DNA of 64,000 nt from Candidatus Hodarchaeum mangrovi (GTDB lineage Archaea; Asgardarchaeota; Heimdallarchaeia; Hodarchaeales; Hodarchaeaceae). Below are positions 57,849-64,000 of this stretch, one piece after another. The stretch is taken from assembly GCA_016839515.1 (NCBI GenBank), contig JAEOUE010000209.1, forward strand, positions 1 through 64,000, given 5' to 3'. How positions within the stretch are numbered: position 1 is the stretch's first letter; each line of letters opens with the position of its first letter. The position numbers and the translations under genes were made by a program. The notes under the pieces were generated by a model, which ran no database searches, was not told where the DNA came from, and was given only the letters and a program-made list of their open reading frames with translations.

Positions 57849-58307
57849 TTGGTGAATAGCGTGAATACCACTGTTCAATTTTCTTGGATTCGTTTGGAAG
57901 GATTAGGTTTAATAATTGCATCTCTAGGAATTTCTTTCTTTATCCAAATACCACTTGTATATTTTTCATTAGTTAATCTTAATTATGATCCAGTTACCAA
58001 TTTTTTTGCGCTTACGGGTACAGTTATTGGTGTGAGTATAATCCTAACATCATTAGCCTGTTCTATTGCTGAAGATTGGGATACAAATGTTATACCTTCA
58101 TATAAAAGAGTTACAACTACTTCAATAATTCTTACAATACTTTATTTCATTGGCTATTTTGTCTTTTTTATGCTTCAACCTTTTTTTCCATTAGAATTTC
58201 AAGGACTTGATCCTCAACAACAATTTCTAACTGCAACGACTTTAGGTCTTTCGCTTATTGCACTCTTTACTCTTGTTATTTATAAAGGAAAGAACTTCTT
58301 CAGATAG
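57849..58307 (+). CDS. Hypothetical 4-TM membrane protein
   Basis: Four hydrophobic segments; operon spacing. Confidence 0.65.
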   Translation: MVNSVNTTVQFSWIRLEGLGLIIASLGISFFIQIPLVYFSLVNLNYDPVTNFFALTGTVIGVSIILTSLACSIAEDWDTNVIPSYKRVTTTSIILTILYFIGYFVFFMLQPFFPLEFQGLDPQQQFLTATTLGLSLIALFTLVIYKGKNFFR

Positions 58308-58333
58308 GATTAATATTGATTTAGGGGAAAAAG

Positions 58334-59113
58334 ATGGATGAACCCATCAATAAGTTCCGTATAAATTCTTCTTTATGCCCCTATGTTTTTAAATTTGATG
58401 TTGTTAGTTCAACAAATTTAATTGCAAAAGCATTTTTAAATTATGAAAAACCAGGGTTTATTATTTTAGCTAATACTCAAACAACTGGTTTAGGTCAATA
58501 TGGTAGACGCTGGGAATCGCCTCGTAATGGATTATGGTTTACTTCAGTATTTCAACCTACTATTAATCATGAATTTATTGGGATTTTTCCAATTTTGACT
58601 TCTATAGCTGTTGAAAATACATTGAAATCTCTTGGTTTAGATTTATTTTTAAAATGGCCAAATGATATATTGATTAACAAGACTTTTAAAAAAATTGGGG
58701 GGATTCTTGTTGAAAGTAGCCTTACACAGAATATAATTAATTATATCTTGCTTGGAATTGGTATTAATGCTAATAATCATATAGATCAGTTTTCATCTGC
58801 CTTGAGAGATGGTATTTCATCAATCTTAGAGGAATTGAAGCGAGAAGTTAATGTTCTTGATTTATTAAGAGAAATTATGTACAAAATTGAATTTTATATT
58901 GATCTATTACAAGTTAAAGGGGTTGATCCAATCCTTGAGAACTGGAAAAAATCAAACAATATTCTTGGAAAACAAGTTTCTGCTCATATAGCTAATCAAG
59001 AAATAATAGGCGAGGCATTGGATATTACAAGACATGGAGAATTAGTACTTAAGACCTCAAATTCAAAGAAAGTAAAAATCTCAACTGGAAGCATCTCTAT
59101 TATTTCCTTATAA
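58334..59113 (+). CDS. birA: Biotin-protein ligase
   Basis: STN, QT-x-G-x-G-x-x-GR-x-W-x-S, KWPND, K-x-GGIL-x-E, GIGIN. Confidence 0.95.
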   Translation: MDEPINKFRINSSLCPYVFKFDVVSSTNLIAKAFLNYEKPGFIILANTQTTGLGQYGRRWESPRNGLWFTSVFQPTINHEFIGIFPILTSIAVENTLKSLGLDLFLKWPNDILINKTFKKIGGILVESSLTQNIINYILLGIGINANNHIDQFSSALRDGISSILEELKREVNVLDLLREIMYKIEFYIDLLQVKGVDPILENWKKSNNILGKQVSAHIANQEIIGEALDITRHGELVLKTSNSKKVKISTGSISIISL

Positions 59114-59150
59114 TTAAATTATACTTAAATAAAGGATTATATATATTTTA

Positions 59151-59729
59151 GTGATTAAGTTGTGGACTTATAACATTGAAAAAGGTTCAAATACCAAGCT
59201 ACGAGGATTAATTTCAGAGGAATTCGTCCGTTATACCCTTCTGACAAATTTTCCTATTCTTGTTATCAGACCAACCAAAGCCATAAAAATCCTAGATGAT
59301 AATGCAATTTCAGGGGAATTCGTCCAATTTTTAAAGGATTATGAACAAACAATGGACTTTTTTGGTATTGGACCTATTCCTAAAGAAAATCAGACCTATA
59401 TTTCTTTAAATGAGATTATTATCAACTATTTTCATAAATTAAGAGGATTAAATCGGTTTTTTCACCATGCGAAATGGATCGAGGAACTAGATGGCTTTAT
59501 TATCGAAGTGAAGTCTAGAACATCAGCTAATGCTTTGTCACCATTCAACTACTCTCTATCAGATAAACAAAAACAGATGGTAAATTATGGTAAAAAATTG
59601 GGATTAAAAGTAATTTTGGGAGGAGTAACTTTTGAACGGAACTGGAAACTCTCTTTAATGTTTACGAATGAAATTGGAAAGATAATTGGAAATGATTATT
59701 TTTTAAAAGTCAATAGTGATAGTTCGTGA
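59151..59729 (+). CDS. PD-(D/E)XK nuclease-fold protein
   Basis: G-x-x-SE helix, DF, EVKS, LS-x-x-Q motifs. Confidence 0.6.
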   Translation: MIKLWTYNIEKGSNTKLRGLISEEFVRYTLLTNFPILVIRPTKAIKILDDNAISGEFVQFLKDYEQTMDFFGIGPIPKENQTYISLNEIIINYFHKLRGLNRFFHHAKWIEELDGFIIEVKSRTSANALSPFNYSLSDKQKQMVNYGKKLGLKVILGGVTFERNWKLSLMFTNEIGKIIGNDYFLKVNSDSS

Positions 59730-60908
59730 ATTAGTTACTACTTCTGGCCCTTTAGATGTTATTATAACATCATTTTCCAAACGGAACCCTCCAACATCCT
59801 GTTCATATATTCCTGGTTCGATTGTGAGAACCATCCCTTTTTCGATATATATTTCTTTCCAGCTTGCTAATAATGCTTCATGTACAGGCTTTTTACGTAT
59901 TCCTGGTGAATCATGAACAGTTAAACCAATTCCATGACCTAATGCATGAGGCATTGAAAAACCAGCTTGTTCAATGATATTATCAGCAATGTCAGCTACT
60001 TCATGAAGATATGTTAATTCTTTTAATGCGTCAATTGCGCTATAATGTGCTTCTTCAACAGCTTCACTAATTATTTTCATTTTATCTGTTTTCGTACCCA
60101 TAATAAAAGGTATAGTTACATCGGATCTTAACCAATCTCCTTCTACTCCAAAATCGATAAGAGCAAGGCCCTTCCGGTATAGGGGGAGTTCAGGATGGGC
60201 ACGAGGATAAGTATGAATTTGCCATGACCTAGCACTACTAGCAACAAGGGTTTCAAAGCCCACTCCCATTGCTCCTAATTCTCTCATACGACTTTCGACA
60301 AAAACTGCTAAGTCAATTTCCCTAAATGAACTTCTATCCCATTTGATCATCAAATTATTTTCTATCTCATCAACTAATTGATTACTTATATGAAAGGATT
60401 TTTGAAACTTAGAGATTTCATCAGGAGATTTTGTAGCTCTTAATTCATCGAGTTTATTATCAATATTCATAGGATCATAAATTATCTCTGATTCAGTTAT
60501 TTGATCAACAATCGTTTTTAGAAAATAGTAAGGGATTGATCTAAGAACTCCAATCTTTGCCTTAGAGCTAACAATGCTTTTAATGATCTCAGCAGAAGCT
60601 GCAATCACACTACCGTTATATTCTGATACATCAACAATCTGATCAACCTCTGCATATTTTTGAGCAAGTTGGAAGTCCCATGGTACCAAAATTGTTTGAC
60701 GATTTTTGATATCGACAAATAAACTGGCATCTTCTGGATGTCCAGTTAAATATCTCATATTTACTTCACGATGATCTTCTGAATCAGTTATAACCAGAAC
60801 ATCTATTCCAAGTGCTTCCATAGCATCGTAAAGAGTATCTATTTTATCGTTAGTAACAAACCTAGGCAATTTTAATAGACTCTCCAATAAAATAAATTTA
60901 AACCTCAA
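59703..60908 (-). CDS. Xaa-Pro aminopeptidase/prolidase (M24)
   Basis: YLTG, R-x-x-KS-x-x-EI, ID-x-G, SD-x-T, HALGHGIGL-x-VHD, TIEPG, R-x-E-x-D. Confidence 0.93.
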   Translation of the reverse strand: MRFKFILLESLLKLPRFVTNDKIDTLYDAMEALGIDVLVITDSEDHREVNMRYLTGHPEDASLFVDIKNRQTILVPWDFQLAQKYAEVDQIVDVSEYNGSVIAASAEIIKSIVSSKAKIGVLRSIPYYFLKTIVDQITESEIIYDPMNIDNKLDELRATKSPDEISKFQKSFHISNQLVDEIENNLMIKWDRSSFREIDLAVFVESRMRELGAMGVGFETLVASSARSWQIHTYPRAHPELPLYRKGLALIDFGVEGDWLRSDVTIPFIMGTKTDKMKIISEAVEEAHYSAIDALKELTYLHEVADIADNIIEQAGFSMPHALGHGIGLTVHDSPGIRKKPVHEALLASWKEIYIEKGMVLTIEPGIYEQDVGGFRLENDVIITSKGPEVVTNSRTITIDF

Positions 60909-60923
60909 ACATCCAACTTTGGT

Positions 60924-61604
60924 TTAAATGGTTTCTAGAAGAGTAGCAATTTCATCCATTATAAAATCACTAATTTTCTGAGAGGTTTCTTTTGAACTAG
61001 GTAAGACATAAAACCGTCTTAAATCAAGTGGTGGTCCAAATTTAGCTATTAAAGTTATACGCTTAGGCCCTCCTCCAAACGTGAATGATTTTCCTACTGG
61101 CATGGCTATATTTGTATTTTTAAGTGCACAAGGAATAACCAAGGCTTTAGTTGCGTGAGCTATCCATCCAGCACCAAGTTTTCCTTTTTGAAGTCTTCCA
61201 TTTTTTGATCTAGCTCCTTCAGGAAAATAAGAAATTGATCCACCATTTTTTATAATTAATATATGATATTTTATAACATCATGGCTCTTGGATCCTTTGA
61301 AGATTGGAATTGTATTCATACCTGCTAATATTGGTTTAAAAAAGGGTAATTTCCAGAGTTTAGCATCAGCAGGATAGAAAAAAGGTTTGTAAAAACGTGG
61401 AAAAGCTGCTAACCCAACAAAAAAAGCATCAATGTGGGATAGGTGATTGGTCATGATTATTAGACCATTATTATTTCTACCTTTTGCTGGAACATTCTCT
61501 CTCCCAATAATTCTAATTTTATAGAATACATAAAAGAAGAATAATAAGATTGGTACTGCATAAATGTGCAAAAAATACTTTGTTTTTATTTTAGCAGTCA
61601 TCAC
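60924..61604 (-). CDS. PlsC-family lysophospholipid acyltransferase
   Basis: NHLSHID (H-x4-D), FPEG-x-RS, K-x-G, IP motifs. Confidence 0.92.
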   Translation of the reverse strand: MMTAKIKTKYFLHIYAVPILLFFFYVFYKIRIIGRENVPAKGRNNNGLIIMTNHLSHIDAFFVGLAAFPRFYKPFFYPADAKLWKLPFFKPILAGMNTIPIFKGSKSHDVIKYHILIIKNGGSISYFPEGARSKNGRLQKGKLGAGWIAHATKALVIPCALKNTNIAMPVGKSFTFGGGPKRITLIAKFGPPLDLRRFYVLPSSKETSQKISDFIMDEIATLLETI

Positions 61605-61693
61605 TACTCAACCCTATTATTCTTGAATGTCCATATCTTAAAAAATTGAGATATTTCTTCATTAAATTCCCACACGAATAATGTTATTATCAA

Positions 61694-61963
61694 TTAGTCG
61701 ATTTTTATTTTATGCCACTCCTTTTGAGCTTTCTTAGATGAAGGTTGAGTAGATTGAGCATTAGAAATCCTTTGATCAATTTGGTCTAGTTTTTTCAGAT
61801 TTCTTGCGGTCATTTGAGATATTTTTTGATTTATTAACATCAATTCGGTCGAATTTGGTCTATATTTTTTTAGAATGTTCTGAATTTCTTTTAGAATTAT
61901 ATTTACTTTATCCTTATCAGCTGGCATTGGGCTTTCCAACGTGCTGAGCAATTTAAAAGCCAC
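61694..61963 (-). CDS. Small hypothetical protein
   Basis: 89-aa non-overlapping ORF. Confidence 0.5.
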   Translation of the reverse strand: MAFKLLSTLESPMPADKDKVNIILKEIQNILKKYRPNSTELMLINQKISQMTARNLKKLDQIDQRISNAQSTQPSSKKAQKEWHKIKID

Positions 61964-62170
61964 TTGATATTTATTTTGTCACTTGAATTCAACTCAAGGA
62001 AAGGTTGATAATTTCTCTATTAAACGCCCTGTCATAGTAGTACAATGATATGGGTGTTCATGGAACAGAGATACCATCCGATGATAGATAAAAAATAAAC
62101 GAGAATAAACATTAAACCATGATAATAGGATGATACTTCTAAATTTTATTCTATATTTAAGGTGTTAAGA

Positions 62171-64000
62171 ATGCACAAATTTACTATTGAAGAAGCTTCA
62201 AAACTCTTGTACAATCAAGATTTCGTTCGAAATCTTGGGGTTATCGCCCACATTGACCATGGTAAAAGTACTCTTACTGATTCATTACTTGCTGCATCTG
62301 GCTTGCTAGCAGAAAAAATTGCTGGTGAAGCTCGTGCAACAGATACTCGTGAAGATGAACAAGAACGGGGTATTACTATTAAAACTACAGGAATTTCCCT
62401 TGTTCATGACTTCAATAATCAAACTTATCTCATTAATTTACAGGATACACCTGGTCATGTTGATTTCTCTGGTGAGGTGACTTCAGCGTTACGTGTAGTT
62501 GATGGAGCACTTGTAGTTGTTGATGCAGTTGAAGGTGTAATGGTTCAAACAGAGGTAGTAACACAGCAAGCACTAGCTGAGCGTGTTCGACCAGTTTTAA
62601 TAATTAACAAAGTTGATCGTTTAATAACTGAAATGAGAATGAACCCTGAAGATGCCTATGAACAATTCAAGAAAATAATAAATGAATTTAATATACTAAT
62701 AGACACTTATGCTCCTCCTGAATTTAAGAAAGAATGGCGTGTCGACCCCCGTCAAGGTACTGTAGCTTTTGGGTCTGCAATCCATCGATTTGGGTTAACA
62801 ATCCCAGCTCTAGCAGAAATCTGGCATGAGAAGACTGGACAACCTATAGATAAGCTTATAGCAAATCTTTGGGCTAAAAATAATTTTGTAAATGGGGTTT
62901 TGAAACCAACTTATGAGATTTATGAAAAAGCGGAAACAGGTGACATTGAATCGCTTAAGAAGGTCGCTGCACAACTTGATTTACGATTAGATGACACTGT
63001 CTGGCTTGAACCTCCCAAACGTGTGGCAAAATCTCTTTTGGAAAAATGGCTACCTGTAGAAAAAGCAGTTCTTGATATGGTTATTCAATTTTGCCCTTCT
63101 CCGAAAAAAGCTCAACTTTATCGATTTAAAAGTTTCTGGAATGGAGACAAAGAATCAAAAGTAGGAAAATCCTTAAACGAATGTGATAAGGATGGTCCTG
63201 TTATGATTTCCCTTTCAAAGATGATCCCAGGGAAAGCTAAACGAATCATTGCAATGGGCAGAATTTTTTCAGGGACAATAACAGCAGGACAGAAAATTGT
63301 TGTATTACTTCCGGGGTATCATCCTGGTGCAAAAGAAAGAATGTTTATTACAAATGTTCAACAAGTTTCAATGCTTATGGGAGCTAAGACGGAAAAAGTT
63401 GAAGCTATCCCAGCAGGAAACATTGTAGCTCTACAAGGACTTCGTGGAGCTACTGCAAGTACTACTGTTGCAGCTGATGAAAACACAATTCCCTTTAAAG
63501 CCCTATCATATGCTGTTGAACCTGTTGTTACGGTAGCAATTGAGGTTAAAAATCCAAGCGAACTTCCAAAGCTTGCTGAAGGACTTCAACTTATGGAATT
63601 AGTAGATCCTTCTCTTAAAACGAAAATTAATGAGGAAACAGGTGAATTTCTTCTATCAGGAACAGGTGAACTTCATTTAGAAATTGCTGTCAAAGATTTA
63701 CAAGATTTACAACATATAGAAGTTTCGCAAAGTGATCCAATCGTTGTATTTAGAGAATCCGTCAATTCTGTATCCTACCAACAAGCATTAGCCAAGTCAC
63801 CCAATAAGCATAACCGACTTTGGGTCCGGGCAGCTCCTCTTGAACCTGTTATAATAAAATTAATTGATAAAGGACAAATTGATCAATATACTGATCGAAA
63901 AGAAATGGGCCAGATTCTTAGAGAACAAGCAGGTTGGGATTCAAAAGAAGGAAGAAAGATTTGGGGAATGGGACCTGAAGAGGATTCTCCTAATATTTAT
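62171..64000 (+). CDS. fusA: Elongation factor 2, eukaryote-like (3' truncated; absent from ORF track)
   Basis: Manual translation MHKFTIEEASKLLYNQDFVRNLGVIAHIDHGKSTLTDS...TDTREDEQERGITIK...DTPGHVDF...NKVD...AKSPNKHNRL. Confidence 0.95.
   Translation, partial: MHKFTIEEASKLLYNQDFVRNLGVIAHIDHGKSTLTDSLLAASGLLAEKIAGEARATDTREDEQERGITIKTTGISLVHDFNNQTYLINLQDTPGHVDFSGEVTSALRVVDGALVVVDAVEGVMVQTEVVTQQALAERVRPVLIINKVDRLITEMRMNPEDAYEQFKKIINEFNILIDTYAPPEFKKEWRVDPRQGTVAFGSAIHRFGLTIPALAEIWHEKTGQPIDKLIANLWAKNNFVNGVLKPTYEIYEKAETGDIESLKKVAAQLDLRLDDTVWLEPPKRVAKSLLEKWLPVEKAVLDMVIQFCPSPKKAQLYRFKSFWNGDKESKVGKSLNECDKDGPVMISLSKMIPGKAKRIIAMGRIFSGTITAGQKIVVLLPGYHPGAKERMFITNVQQVSMLMGAKTEKVEAIPAGNIVALQGLRGATASTTVAADENTIPFKALSYAVEPVVTVAIEVKNPSELPKLAEGLQLMELVDPSLKTKINEETGEFLLSGTGELHLEIAVKDLQDLQHIEVSQSDPIVVFRESVNSVSYQQALAKSPNKHNRLWVRAAPLEPVIIKLIDKGQIDQYTDRKEMGQILREQAGWDSKEGRKIWGMGPEEDSPNIY

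Noticed and set aside
1-64000. CRISPR arrays, transposases, integrases, rRNA genes, selenocysteine/pyrrolysine recoding
   Set aside because: No regularly spaced repeats, mobile-element motifs, rRNA-like tracts or in-frame TGA/TAG within conserved genes were seen by eye

Overview
AT-rich archaeal chromosome segment whose gene content points to an Asgard archaeon, most likely Heimdallarchaeia/Hodarchaeales. This assignment is inferred from the ESCRT-I/II/III and ubiquitin genes, a Mak16/eL28 homologue and a eukaryote-like EF-2. 1-9.6 kb holds metabolic and repair genes, a RadA paralogue, rpoN and rps2. 9.6-28 kb is an extended membrane-trafficking island: Vps25, Vps4, two ESCRT-III, Vps22/36, Vps28, UEV-Vps23, longin-Rab, Yip1, PAP2, E1, ubiquitin, Arf-like GTPase, E2 and a RING E3 missed by the ORF track. 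29-32 kb is an accessory patch with a NUDIX pseudogene and a ~440-nt multi-stem non-coding region. 32-64 kb carries translation, ribosome-biogenesis and membrane-insertion genes plus three intron-containing tRNAs. Top novel candidates: (1) a 448-aa protein inside the ESCRT locus with a FYVE-like Zn finger, helical region, GLUE/PH-like domain and ESCRT-I headpiece-like hairpin, possibly a lipid-sensing third ESCRT-I (Vps37-equivalent) subunit; (2) a dual-guide box C/D sRNA predicted to target the 23S equivalents of yeast Am2256 and Gm2288, lying behind tRNA-Thr and Mak16; (3) a large unexplained structured RNA next to metG; (4) a possible Sec11-SPCS3 fusion; (5) tRNA introns with relaxed splice motifs. 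All family calls come from motif recognition by eye; no searches were run.
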